From Alphaproteobacteria bacterium (lineage in GTDB: Bacteria; Pseudomonadota; Alphaproteobacteria; Rickettsiales; SXRF01): 64,000 nucleotides of DNA. Below are positions 9,217 through 18,454 of the stretch, one piece after another. Under the pieces are notes generated by a model that worked only from the letters and a program-made list of their open reading frames with translations, made no database searches and was not told the origin of the DNA. The stretch is from the NCBI GenBank assembly GCA_020054105.1, contig JAGVLW010000107.1, positions 4,645 to 68,644 of the forward strand. The letters are read 5' to 3'. A program made the translations under genes and the position numbers. The number at the start of each line of letters is the position of its first letter. Within the stretch, counting starts at the first letter, position 1.

Positions 9217-10784
9217 CCCTGCTTTCCATCCAGAATCTCAGCCTTTCCTTCGGCGATGCGACCGTCGTCAACCGCATCAGCCTCGATATCGGCAAGGGCG
9301 AAATGGTGGCGCTGGTCGGCGAGTCCGGCTCCGGAAAATCGCTCACCGCCCTTTCCTGCCTTGGGCTGCAACCCAGATCGGCGGCCGTTTCCGGCAGCAT
9401 CGTGTTTGACGGCCAAGAAATCGTCGGTACGCGCGAAGCGACGCTGCGGGCCTTGCGCGGCAAGCGCATCGGCATGATTTTCCAGGAGCCGATGACCGCG
9501 CTCAACCCGCTCCATACGATCGGCCGGCAGATCGGGGAGATGTTAAGCGGAAATGAGGAAAAAAATTCCTCGATTCAATCCTTACTCGACCAGGTCGGCC
9601 TCACCCATTTCAAGCACCGGCTCGATGCCTACCCGCACCAGCTTTCCGGCGGCGAGCGCCAGCGCGTGATGATCGCCATGTCCATTGCCAACCGGCCCGA
9701 TTTGCTGATCGCCGATGAGCCGACCACCGCCGTCGACGTCACCGTCCAGGCCAAGATCCTGCTGCTGCTCAAAGAGCTTCAGCAATCGCTGGGCATGGCG
9801 ATTTTGTTCATTACCCACGACCTCACGGTGGTCAGGCGCCTGTGCGACAAGGTGGCGGTGATGAAGCAAGGCGCGCTCGTCGAGCAGGGAAAAGTCGCCG
9901 AGATTTTTGCCAACCCGCAACATGCCTATACCAAGCTGCTGCTTGCCAGCGAGCCCAAAGGCAGCCCCCTGCCCGTCCCTTATGATGCGCGCCCGCTGAT
10001 CGGATGCACCGATCTGCGCGTATGGTTCCCGATCAAAAAAGGCCTGCTTAAACGCACAGTCGCTTATACAAAAGCCGTCGACGGCGTGACCGTGACGATC
10101 CCGCAAGGATCGACGCTGGGCGTGGTCGGCGAGTCGGGATCGGGGAAAACCACGCTGGGCTTCGCCCTGATGCGGTTGATTAAAAGCGAAGGGGAGATCG
10201 TATTTACGCCCGAAAACGCGGAAGAAATAATGTTGAGCCGCCTGCCCGCCTTTGCCATGCGGCCGCTGCGTAAGCAGATGCAGCCGGTGTTCCAGGACCC
10301 GTTTTCCAGCCTCAACCCGCGCATGAGCGTGGCGCAGATCATCGAGGAAGGGCTGCGCGTGCATTTCCCGATGCCGGCGGCCAAGCGCGAACGGGCGATC
10401 GACGACATATTGCGCGAGGTCGGCCTGTCGCCCGACATGAAGCCGCGCTACCCGCATGAATTTTCCGGCGGCCAGCGCCAACGCATTTCCATCGCCCGCG
10501 CCATGGTGCTGAAACCCCGCTTCGTCGTGCTCGACGAGCCGACCTCGGCACTCGACCTTACCGTACAGACGCAGATCATCGAGCTGCTAAAGAGCCTCCA
10601 GCAAAAATATGGCCTGAGCTACATGTTCATCAGCCACGATTTGCGCGTGGTGCGCGCCATTGCGCATCGCATCATCGTCATGAAAGACGGCGTCATCGTC
10701 GAGCACGGCGCCACGCAGGATATTTTCGAGCGCCCGCAGCAGGACTACACCAAGGCGCTGATCGCGGCAGCGTTTTTGAAATAA
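9213..10784 (+). CDS. yejF: ABC transporter ATP-binding protein YejF (two fused ATPase domains)
   Basis: Two Walker A motifs ([16 protein letters not shown]) and two LSGG signatures. The start is moved to ATG 9213, which overlaps the yejE stop as ATGA. Confidence 0.85.
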   Translation: MTLLSIQNLSLSFGDATVVNRISLDIGKGEMVALVGESGSGKSLTALSCLGLQPRSAAVSGSIVFDGQEIVGTREATLRALRGKRIGMIFQEPMTALNPLHTIGRQIGEMLSGNEEKNSSIQSLLDQVGLTHFKHRLDAYPHQLSGGERQRVMIAMSIANRPDLLIADEPTTAVDVTVQAKILLLLKELQQSLGMAILFITHDLTVVRRLCDKVAVMKQGALVEQGKVAEIFANPQHAYTKLLLASEPKGSPLPVPYDARPLIGCTDLRVWFPIKKGLLKRTVAYTKAVDGVTVTIPQGSTLGVVGESGSGKTTLGFALMRLIKSEGEIVFTPENAEEIMLSRLPAFAMRPLRKQMQPVFQDPFSSLNPRMSVAQIIEEGLRVHFPMPAAKRERAIDDILREVGLSPDMKPRYPHEFSGGQRQRISIARAMVLKPRFVVLDEPTSALDLTVQTQIIELLKSLQQKYGLSYMFISHDLRVVRAIAHRIIVMKDGVIVEHGATQDIFERPQQDYTKALIAAAFLK

Positions 10785-10838
10785 TGGTTGTATAAAATAG
10801 ATTTTGCTTATATTAACCGATATTAACAATATTCCGGG

Positions 10839-11288
10839 GTGAAAATGCCAAATCCGCTCGATCCGCTCGACTTGCCGTTGGGAGAAGATAGCGCCTCCTC
10901 TGCTATAAGGGAAGCCTTGCTGACGCAACTAAGCAAGCTGGATGAAATCCAGCTTCGCGCCAAGCTCGCGGCCACGCGAACGCGCGCCGAAGAAATCACA
11001 AAGGCGCAAGGCGGCAGATTTGCCGGCGGCCTGTGGAAGGGTGTCGATGCCATCGCCGGACGGCTGCGCGAGCTCTCGCTGGAGAAAACACACATGCGCC
11101 CGATAGGTCAACTCGATGACGAGGAAGTATGGGCGGCATTGCAGGAAACCATGCAAGAAGGCGCCGGGCTGGAGGATAAAAGAGGCGAGAAAGCGGCCAA
11201 TTGCCTGTCGGAGATGAAATTCCTCATCGGAGTGCTCGAAGAGCGCCTGCACCGCCGGGCGCGCGGCCCCGAAGGCCGGGGGCATTGA
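10839..11288 (+). CDS. hypothetical protein (orphan, helical, charged)
   Basis: 149-aa ORF preceded by an AT-rich spacer. I recognise no motif. The start could be GTG 10839 or ATG 10845. Confidence 0.45.
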   Translation: MKMPNPLDPLDLPLGEDSASSAIREALLTQLSKLDEIQLRAKLAATRTRAEEITKAQGGRFAGGLWKGVDAIAGRLRELSLEKTHMRPIGQLDDEEVWAALQETMQEGAGLEDKRGEKAANCLSEMKFLIGVLEERLHRRARGPEGRGH

Positions 11289-11289
11289 T

Positions 11290-11916
11290 ATGGCCGAATC
11301 TCGCCGCCGCCGTAGCCCTATCCCGCCCAAGCTGGGCGAAAAAAAGCTCAAGGATCTGACCGCCGGCGAAATGCGCGAGGTCATAAACAGCCTGGTCCCG
11401 CGCGATGAAATGCATGCCGGTATTCAATTCCTCAACCTCTTACTCGATAAAAAAGGCATTCCCGGCGTGATCGCTTTTGTCGAGAAAGCGAAAAAAATTC
11501 TCGATGAAGAAGGTAAGCTGCTCGATTACGATTTCGATGCATCGGAAAAAGAATTGCTGAAGAAAGCCTGGCCGGACTTGATGGCGCGGCGCAATGCGCT
11601 GGGCATTATCGGCGCGGCTGTCAGCGGCGCTATCTTTGCGGGTGTGGCAGGGATCGATTCGGCGGTCACCGCCAAGAAAATCATGAATCCGCCCCCTGCC
11701 CCGCCGCCACAGGCACAAGGAGTCCTGGAGCAGGCGCAGGAACTTGCCCATCGTTATGCCTATCCGGTGGCCGAGATCATGATCGGCGCGGTATTGATGA
11801 ATGAAGGCGTGGAAAACTGGCGCAAGGAAAAGCTCGAGGGCGTGGCCAATGCAGTAGCAGACCTAGCCGAAGCCGCAAAAAAACAGCAGCAGCAAAAAGA
11901 ATCCCCTGCCCCTTAG
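11290..11916 (+). CDS. hypothetical membrane protein (orphan)
   Basis: 208-aa ORF starting 2 nt after the previous stop. It has two hydrophobic segments (ALGIIGAAVSGAIFAGVAGI, VAEIMIGAVLM), a PPPAPPPQ linker and a KKQQQQK tail. Confidence 0.5.
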   Translation: MAESRRRRSPIPPKLGEKKLKDLTAGEMREVINSLVPRDEMHAGIQFLNLLLDKKGIPGVIAFVEKAKKILDEEGKLLDYDFDASEKELLKKAWPDLMARRNALGIIGAAVSGAIFAGVAGIDSAVTAKKIMNPPPAPPPQAQGVLEQAQELAHRYAYPVAEIMIGAVLMNEGVENWRKEKLEGVANAVADLAEAAKKQQQQKESPAP

Positions 11917-11964
11917 GCGCCGGCTGACGTTGCTAACCCTGGACGTTCGCTGTAATAACAATTC

Positions 11965-13305
11965 ATGCATCAGCAAAACACCATCTTCGCCCTTGCCACG
12001 CCCCCTGTCCGCTCCGGCGTGGCGGTCATACGCATTTCCGGCGACCGCGCCCTGCCCGCCCTCGCCCAGCTCACCGGCAAAGCCGACTGGCAGCCCAACC
12101 TCGCCCGCTATACTTCCTTTTCACGAGCCACGAATCACGAGCCACGAGCCACGATCGATAGCGGCCTCGCCTTTTATTTCAAAGCCCCAAAGAGCTTCAC
12201 CGGCGAGGATGTCGCCGAGCTGCATTGTCATGGCAGCCTCGCCGTCATACGCGAGCTGCTGGAGGCACTGGCGGCGATTGAAGGGCTGCGCCCCGCCGAG
12301 CCGGGCGAATTCACCCGCCGCGCCTTTCTAAACGGTAAAATGGATCTGGTCGAGGCCGAGGGGCTGGCCGACCTCATCGAGGCGGAAACGCCAGCGCAGC
12401 GCAAGCAGGCGCTGTCGCAAATGCAGGGCGAGGCAAGCCGGCGCTACGAAGCGTTGCGCGGCCAGATCGTCCAGGCGCTGGCCCATCTCGAAGCGTTCAT
12501 CGATTTTCCCGAGGAGGAGATACCGGCATCGCTGCTGGATGGCATCAAGCGGCAAATCGAAACTTTGACGGCGGCGATCGAAACCGCGCTGGCCGACGAT
12601 CGGCGCGGCGAGCGCGTGCGCGGCGGCATCCGCGTCGTCATCCTGGGCGCGCCCAATGTCGGCAAGTCGAGTTTGCTCAACCGGCTGGCCGGGCGCGACG
12701 CCGCCATCGTATCGGCCAGGGCAGGGACGACGCGTGACGTCATCGAGGTGCATATGGAGTTGGGCGGCTTCCCGGTCATCCTCACCGATACGGCGGGCCT
12801 GCGCGAAAGCGGCGACGATATCGAGGAAGAGGGGATCCGTCGCGCCATGGCCCGCGCTGAGGAGGCCGACATCAAGCTGGTGCTGTTCGATGCCAGCCAG
12901 GGCGGGCAGGACGAGCAGAGCAGGGGACTAATTGGAGATAATACATTGATAATTAATAATAAAGCAGATTTATTGCAATCACGAATCACGAACCACGAAT
13001 CACGAACCACGTTCTTCATCTCCACCCAAACCGGCCACGGGCTAGAAGAGATGCTTTCGGCGCTGGAGCAAAAAATCAGCGCCATGTTTCATACGGCCAA
13101 TGCACCGCTCATCACCCGCAGCCGGCACCGTGCCTTGCTTACCGAGGCACTTGCCTGCCTTGAGCGCCTTAATTGGCACGCGCCGCTGGAGCTGACCTGC
13201 GAGGAGCTGCGGCTGGCCGGGCGCGCCATCGGCAAAATCACTGGCAAAATCGCGGTGGATGATGTATTGGACGTCATCTTTAAGCAGTTTTGCATAGGGA
13301 AGTGA
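11965..13305 (+). CDS. mnmE: tRNA uridine-5-carboxymethylaminomethyl modification GTPase MnmE (TrmE)
   Basis: IFALATPPVRSGVAVIRISG, GAPNVGKSSLLN, DTAGLRE and NKADL G-motifs, plus the diagnostic C-terminal FCIGK. Contains heptamer arrays B1 and B2. Confidence 0.95.
   Translation: MHQQNTIFALATPPVRSGVAVIRISGDRALPALAQLTGKADWQPNLARYTSFSRATNHEPRATIDSGLAFYFKAPKSFTGEDVAELHCHGSLAVIRELLEALAAIEGLRPAEPGEFTRRAFLNGKMDLVEAEGLADLIEAETPAQRKQALSQMQGEASRRYEALRGQIVQALAHLEAFIDFPEEEIPASLLDGIKRQIETLTAAIETALADDRRGERVRGGIRVVILGAPNVGKSSLLNRLAGRDAAIVSARAGTTRDVIEVHMELGGFPVILTDTAGLRESGDDIEEEGIRRAMARAEEADIKLVLFDASQGGQDEQSRGLIGDNTLIINNKADLLQSRITNHESRTTFFISTQTGHGLEEMLSALEQKISAMFHTANAPLITRSRHRALLTEALACLERLNWHAPLELTCEELRLAGRAIGKITGKIAVDDVLDVIFKQFCIGK
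12122..12155. repeat. Family B heptamer array (B1), single arm, in frame in mnmE
   Basis: CACGAGC CACGAAT CACGAGC CACGAGC CACGATC, encoding SRATNHEPRAT. Confidence 0.85.
12979..13011. repeat. Family B heptamer array (B2), single arm, in frame in mnmE
   Basis: CACGAAT CACGAAC CACGAAT CACGAAC CACG, encoding SRITNHESRTT. The orientation and frame match B1. Confidence 0.85.
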
Positions 13306-13309
13306 CGGT

Positions 13310-13417
13310 AAGCCTTAGTGGCTATGCCACTTAGGCTCCCGTCATCCTCCGAAGCTCGAAGAGCGAAGGGGGATCTCGCGCAAATGGATGAAGACCCCGC
13401 AACAAGTGCGGGGTGAC
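13310..13417. repeat. cluster of three hairpins after mnmE (REP-like composite)
   Basis: AGCCTTAGTGG-CTATG-CCACTTAGGCT (11-bp stem with one mismatch), then GTCATCCTCCGAAGCTCGAAGAGCGAAGGGGGATC, then CCCCGCA-ACAAG-TGCGGGG. A related GTCATCCTCGCGAAGCGGAGCG occurs in inverted orientation at 13925-13960. Confidence 0.6.
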
Positions 13418-13427
13418 AAAGGGGTTT

Positions 13428-13964
13428 ATGAAGCCGCGCTATTTTGACGAAACACCAGCCAATAGGGTGCTTATCGACCCTTCCTATCAGGTTGGAGCTA
13501 CTTATTATCCACCTACGCTCGATCACTGTGATCCCGCCTTGTATATCAGCCGCGATTTAGAGTCAGGCATGCGCATTTCAGGGGAACATCACAGTGTGTA
13601 TATTGGCGGAAAAATGTTAGATAATTCTTATATTTCAGTCCGGGAAGGCTGCGTCTCTGCTTCGTCCCTAGGAAAAGATTCCGATATACGCGCCGGCATG
13701 TTCATCCTTATCAGCGATATTAATTTATCTAGAAATTCCAGGAATTTCCAGAGTGCTTCCGGCACGGATCCACTTATCATCGTGGTTCCCGAAGAGAAAA
13801 GGGCGGAAATTTTCGATTTTCTGATGAAAAAATTCTATCGAGATTATAAAAAATTTATAGATCCGGAATTGCCGGAGACCATGAAACTTTTAGAGCACGC
13901 GTTTCCAACTGTCCCTATACAGGCGATCAGAGGCGGTTCCGCGCGCTCCGCTTCGCGAGGATGA
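13428..13964 (+). CDS. hypothetical protein (AT-rich orphan between mnmE and mnmG)
   Basis: ORF with AAAGGGG upstream of ATG 13428 (the track uses GTG 13413). It is visibly AT-richer than its neighbours, and its stop overlaps the mnmG start (ATGA). I recognise no motif. Confidence 0.5.
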   Translation: MKPRYFDETPANRVLIDPSYQVGATYYPPTLDHCDPALYISRDLESGMRISGEHHSVYIGGKMLDNSYISVREGCVSASSLGKDSDIRAGMFILISDINLSRNSRNFQSASGTDPLIIVVPEEKRAEIFDFLMKKFYRDYKKFIDPELPETMKLLEHAFPTVPIQAIRGGSARSASRG

Positions 13965-15898
13965 CAATGTTCAACTTCGACGTCATTGTCATCGGCGGCG
14001 GCCACGCGGGCACGGAAGCGGCGGCGGCATCGGCGCGCCTGGGCGCTAAGACCGCGCTGGTGACCCAGAAGGCGACGACCATCGGCGAGATGTCGTGCAA
14101 CCCGGCCATCGGCGGCATCGCCAAGGGCACGCTGGTTCGCGAAATCGACGCGCTCGACGGGGTGATGGGACGCGCCATCGACCGCGCCGGCATCCATTAC
14201 AAAATGCTCAATGCCAGCAAGGGCCCGGCGGTGCGCGGGCCGCGGGCCCAGGCCGACCGCAAGCTCTATCGCCAGGCCGTCCAATCCATCCTCGGCGAAT
14301 ACGAATCCCTGACCGTCATCGAAGATTCGGTGGAGGATTTGCTCATTAAACCCTCCCCCTTTGGGGGGGAGGGAAGGGTGGGGGGTAGGGATAATTGGGT
14401 GGGGGGTGAGGCGTACGGCATCATCTGCGCCTCCGGCCGCACCATCACGGCCGGCCGCGTCGTCCTTACCACCGGGACATTCCTCAACGGCCTGATCCAT
14501 ATGGGCGAGACAAAAATCCGCGCCGGCAGGGTAGGGGAGGCGCCGTCAATCGGCCTGTCCAATACGCTGAAACGGTTGAATTTTATGGTCGGCCGCCTCA
14601 AGACAGGCACGCCGCCGCGCCTGGATGGCACCACCATCGACTGGCCGGGCCTGACCCGCCAGCCCGGCGACAACCCGCCCGTACCTTTTTCCTATTTGAC
14701 GACGAAAGTGACCGTCCCGCAGATCGATTGCTTCATCACACACACCAACGAAAAAACCCACGAAATCATCCGCGCCAACCTCCACCGCGCACCCATGTAT
14801 TCTGGCCAAATCGAAAGCACCGGCCCACGCTATTGCCCCTCCATCGAAGACAAAGTCGTCCGCTTCGCGCAAAAAATCAGCCACCAGATTTTCCTCGAAC
14901 CGGAAGGGCTGGACGACGATACCGTCTACCCCAACGGCATCTCGACTTCGCTCCCCGAAGAGGTCCAGCTCGAACTGCTAAAGACGATCCCGGGACTGGA
15001 ACATGCGCGCGTCATCCGCCCCGGCTATGCGATTGAATATGATTATGTCGATCCGCGGGAACTGGCGGCCACACTGGAAACTAAGAAGGTCAAAGGGCTT
15101 TATTTCGCCGGCCAGATCAACGGCACCACCGGCTATGAAGAGGCGGGCGGGCAGGGCATCGTCGCCGGGCTCAACGCCGCTTTAGCCGCCGTCGGCTCAC
15201 CGCCTTTCATCATCGACAGGGCCGATGCCTATATCGGCGTGATGATCGACGACCTCATCACCCACGGCACCAGCGAGCCTTACCGTATGTTCACCTCGCG
15301 TTCGGAATACCGGCTGTCGCTTCGCGCCGACAATGCCGACCGTCGCCTGACCGGTAAGGGAATCGCCATCGGATGCGTCGGCAGCACCCGCGCCAACGCG
15401 TTTAAAAACAAGGAATGCGAGATCGAAATTTCCCGTGGAACTCTCGATAGCCTAACCATTACCCCCAACCAGGCCAAGCTTCATGACATCATGTTAAACC
15501 AGGATGGCATCCGCCGTAGCGCTTTTGAACTCTTGAAATACCCGACCATCGGGTTTGACGATATTATAAAAATATGGCCAGAGCTGGATGCCATCTCCGC
15601 CAATGCCGCCGAGCAGTTGGAAATAGATGCGCTGTATTTTTCCTACCTGCAACGTCAGGAAGAAGACATCGCCCTGTTCAAAAAAGAGGAGGGGGTCGCC
15701 ATCCCGGCCGATTTCGATTATAATGGTTTACCCTCCCTATCGACCGAGATGAAAGCCAAGCTAAATCATGCCCGTCCGCAAACCATCGGGTCGGCATCGC
15801 GTATACAAGGGATGACCCCGGCGGCGATTTTGGCCTTGTTGGGGAAATTACGGAAATCGGCAAACCAACATACCAACCATGACAAAGCATGTGCCTAA
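13961..15898 (+). CDS. mnmG: tRNA uridine 5-carboxymethylaminomethyl modification enzyme MnmG (GidA)
   Basis: [30 protein letters not shown] is the FAD-binding motif, and there is full-length GidA-like sequence ([26 protein letters not shown]). Contains the G-rich insert E1. Confidence 0.95.
   Translation: MTMFNFDVIVIGGGHAGTEAAAASARLGAKTALVTQKATTIGEMSCNPAIGGIAKGTLVREIDALDGVMGRAIDRAGIHYKMLNASKGPAVRGPRAQADRKLYRQAVQSILGEYESLTVIEDSVEDLLIKPSPFGGEGRVGGRDNWVGGEAYGIICASGRTITAGRVVLTTGTFLNGLIHMGETKIRAGRVGEAPSIGLSNTLKRLNFMVGRLKTGTPPRLDGTTIDWPGLTRQPGDNPPVPFSYLTTKVTVPQIDCFITHTNEKTHEIIRANLHRAPMYSGQIESTGPRYCPSIEDKVVRFAQKISHQIFLEPEGLDDDTVYPNGISTSLPEEVQLELLKTIPGLEHARVIRPGYAIEYDYVDPRELAATLETKKVKGLYFAGQINGTTGYEEAGGQGIVAGLNAALAAVGSPPFIIDRADAYIGVMIDDLITHGTSEPYRMFTSRSEYRLSLRADNADRRLTGKGIAIGCVGSTRANAFKNKECEIEISRGTLDSLTITPNQAKLHDIMLNQDGIRRSAFELLKYPTIGFDDIIKIWPELDAISANAAEQLEIDALYFSYLQRQEEDIALFKKEEGVAIPADFDYNGLPSLSTEMKAKLNHARPQTIGSASRIQGMTPAAILALLGKLRKSANQHTNHDKACA
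14351..14411. repeat. Family E element (E1): CCCTCCCCC/GGGGGGAGGG hairpin plus G-run tail, in frame in mnmG
   Basis: CCCTCCCCCTTTGGGGGGGAGGGAAGGGTGGGGGGTAGGGATAATTGGGTGGGGGGTGAGG, encoding [20 protein letters not shown]. Confidence 0.85.
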
Positions 15899-16514
15899 CG
15901 ATGCATTTCGTTTGCTAAATGCACATTGTGAGGTTTCCTATGAAACCTTCGAGAAATTATCTTTATATCATGATCTGCTCATTAAATGGCAAAACGCTGT
16001 CAATTTGGTAAGCAACGACTCTCTCACCGATAGCTGGAACCGTCATTTCCTCGATTCTCTTCAACTCCTAAAATATCTTGACGGCGAGAAGGGCGCTATC
16101 GTTGATATCGGCTCCGGGGCTGGCTTTCCCGGTATGGCGCTGGCGATTTGTGGAGTAAAAAATATTCATCTAATCGAAAGCGATTCCAAAAAAACCACTT
16201 TCCTCAAAGAAGTTTCCAGGATCACAAAGACCGATATTTTTATCCGTAATGAACGCGTAGAAAAAATAAAAAATCTTGATCCGGTCAACATAATTTTATC
16301 ACGCGCGTTTGCCGATCTGAATACACTTCTCGGCTGTTCATCTTCGTTAATTTCACAGGAAACAAAATGTCTCTTCCACAAAGGAAAAAATTACTCTAAA
16401 GAATTAGAGGACGCAAAAAAATCATGGTCGTTCGATGCGATTATGTTTCCCAGCGTCACCGATGAAAACGGTGTGATTGTCAAACTTTCCAATATCCATA
16501 GGCGGATGCCATGA
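15879..16514 (+). CDS. rsmG: 16S rRNA (guanine527-N7)-methyltransferase RsmG (GidB)
   Basis: [15 protein letters not shown] is the SAM motif, and the position after mnmG fits. It is markedly AT-richer than its flanks. Confidence 0.85.
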   Translation: MTKHVPNDAFRLLNAHCEVSYETFEKLSLYHDLLIKWQNAVNLVSNDSLTDSWNRHFLDSLQLLKYLDGEKGAIVDIGSGAGFPGMALAICGVKNIHLIESDSKKTTFLKEVSRITKTDIFIRNERVEKIKNLDPVNIILSRAFADLNTLLGCSSSLISQETKCLFHKGKNYSKELEDAKKSWSFDAIMFPSVTDENGVIVKLSNIHRRMP

Positions 16515-17335
16515 CACAGAAAAATTCTTCACATCACCCCTTAGAAACGCGTATTATTTCGATCGTCAACCAGAAGGGTGGCGTCGGCAAAACCACGACC
16601 ACCGTCAATTTGGCGACGGCGCTGGCCGCCGTCGGCAGAAGGGTTCTGCTCGTCGATTTCGATCCGCAGGGTAATGCCAGCACCGGCCTTGGCGTCGAAT
16701 CGAACCAAAGAAATATCACTTCTTATGACATTATTTTGAACGATACCGACATCAAAGAAGCCATTCAAAAAAGCGCCGTGCCCAACCTGTCGGTCATTCC
16801 CGCCACAATCGATTTATCCGGCGCCGAAATCGAACTGGTAAGCCTGGAGCGACGCGAATTTCGCCTGAAAGAAACACTGGAAAATCTCGATGCGCATTAC
16901 GATTATATCTTGATCGATTGCCCGCCGTCACTGGGGCTTCTGACCCTCAATGCCCTCGCCGCTTCCAACGCCGTGCTAATCCCATTGCAATGCGAATTCT
17001 ACGCGCTGGAAGGGCTTAGCCACCTGATGCGCACCATCACGCTGGTACAAACCAATCTCAACCCGCAGCTGGCCATCCAGGGCATCGTCCTGACCATGTA
17101 TGACCGCCGCAATAAATTCACCGAGCAAATCGAAAACGACGTGCGCGGCTATTTCGGCAAGCTCGTTTATCGCTCGGTCATCCCACGCAACATCCGCATG
17201 TCGGAAGCGCCGTCGCATGGTAAGCCGGCGCTGATTTACGACATGCATTGCGCCGGCTCGAAAGCCTATATCCAATTGGCAAGCGAGCTGCTCAAACGCG
17301 AGCGTGTCCGCACCCAAGAACTCACCGCAGCCTAA
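16511..17335 (+). CDS. parA: chromosome partitioning ATPase ParA (Soj)
   Basis: IISIVNQKGGVGKTTTTVNLATALA is the deviant Walker A motif. Start overlaps the rsmG stop (ATGA). Confidence 0.9.
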   Translation: MTQKNSSHHPLETRIISIVNQKGGVGKTTTTVNLATALAAVGRRVLLVDFDPQGNASTGLGVESNQRNITSYDIILNDTDIKEAIQKSAVPNLSVIPATIDLSGAEIELVSLERREFRLKETLENLDAHYDYILIDCPPSLGLLTLNALAASNAVLIPLQCEFYALEGLSHLMRTITLVQTNLNPQLAIQGIVLTMYDRRNKFTEQIENDVRGYFGKLVYRSVIPRNIRMSEAPSHGKPALIYDMHCAGSKAYIQLASELLKRERVRTQELTAA

Positions 17336-17347
17336 AGGAGAAAACGC

Positions 17348-18286
17348 ATGGCCACCGCAACGAAAAACAAAGGACTCGGCAAAGGATTATCGGCGCTGAT
17401 TTCCGAAAATTATGTCGAGACGCAATCGACAAAGAAAGCCTCAAAACCCGCTGATTCCGGTATCAATTCCGTATCCGTAACGAAATTGCACAGCGGCAAG
17501 TACCAGCCGCGCACCGCCTTCGACGAAGGCTTGCTCACCGAGCTTGCCGAATCGATCAGCAAGAACGGCATCATGCAGCCGATCATCGTGCGCCCGTCGT
17601 CGAAATTCGCCGGAAAATTCGAGATCATCGCCGGCGAGCGCCGCTGGCGCGCCGCCAAAATCGCCGGGCTCGAAGAAGCGCCGGTCATTGTCCGCGAAGT
17701 CACCGACAAGCAGGCGCTCGAGCTGGCGCTGGTCGAAAACATTCAGCGGCACGATCTTTCCGCCCTCGAGGAAGCGGGCGGCTATCAGCGCCTCATCGAG
17801 GAATTCGATTATACCCAGGAAGCACTGGCGGAAACCGTCGGCAAAAGCCGCAGCCACATCGCCAATTTGCTGCGGCTGCTGTCGCTGCCGGAAGAGATCA
17901 AGACCATGCTCAATGAAGGCCAGCTCACCGCCGGCCATGCCCGCGCCATCCTCAACGCGCCCAACGCGGTCGAACTCGCGCATCTCATCGTCAAGCGCGG
18001 CCTCAACGTCCGCCAGGCCGAGGATGCCAGCCGCACCCTGCAGGGCCACGCCAAACGCTCGGCGCCGCGCGCCGGCAGCCAGAACCGCCAGGCGAACTCG
18101 CCCTTTAGCATGCCCAAGGACCCGGACATTCTCGCGCTCGAGGAATCGCTGTCGGAAAATCTCGGCGTGCGCGTGGCGATCAATGACCGCGGCCAGAGCG
18201 GCGAGATCGTGCTCGCCTACGATTCGCTGAGCCAGCTCGACGAAATCCTCCGCCGCCTCAGCGCCAATACCGACGAGCTGATTTAG
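17348..18286 (+). CDS. parB: chromosome partitioning protein ParB (Spo0J)
   Basis: GLGKGLSALI, IIAGERRWRAAK, and an HTH region (QEALAETVGKSRSHIANLLRLL). Confidence 0.9.
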   Translation: MATATKNKGLGKGLSALISENYVETQSTKKASKPADSGINSVSVTKLHSGKYQPRTAFDEGLLTELAESISKNGIMQPIIVRPSSKFAGKFEIIAGERRWRAAKIAGLEEAPVIVREVTDKQALELALVENIQRHDLSALEEAGGYQRLIEEFDYTQEALAETVGKSRSHIANLLRLLSLPEEIKTMLNEGQLTAGHARAILNAPNAVELAHLIVKRGLNVRQAEDASRTLQGHAKRSAPRAGSQNRQANSPFSMPKDPDILALEESLSENLGVRVAINDRGQSGEIVLAYDSLSQLDEILRRLSANTDELI

Positions 18287-18454
18287 CGTATTTTTGCTTC
18301 TTTCCTTGTTGTTCCTGCGAAATCGGTTTCATCCGGTTTATAGTAATATTACAGCAATTTAGCAATCTTCACAAAAGCTTAATAATAATTAGAAATTGAT
18401 AGGGTAGAATCGGCAGTTGGTAGCAACGCCGAAGAAACTCGCACAGGAGTATTT

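Noticed and set aside
9549-9577. Mini hairpin GGAAATGAGGAA-AAAAA-TTCCTCGATTC inside yejF (encoding GNEEKNSS), resembling a single family A unit pair.
   Set aside because: It has only one unit per arm and a 6-bp stem, too short to distinguish from chance or a decayed remnant. It is not counted as an element.
13505-13513. DnaA-box-like 9-mers TTATCCACC (here and on the opposite strand at 42730-42738), considered as origin signals near the mnmG-rsmG-parAB cluster.
   Set aside because: These are single 8/9 matches with no clustering and no adjacent AT-rich unwinding element. Alphaproteobacterial origins are usually elsewhere, near hemE. The evidence is insufficient.
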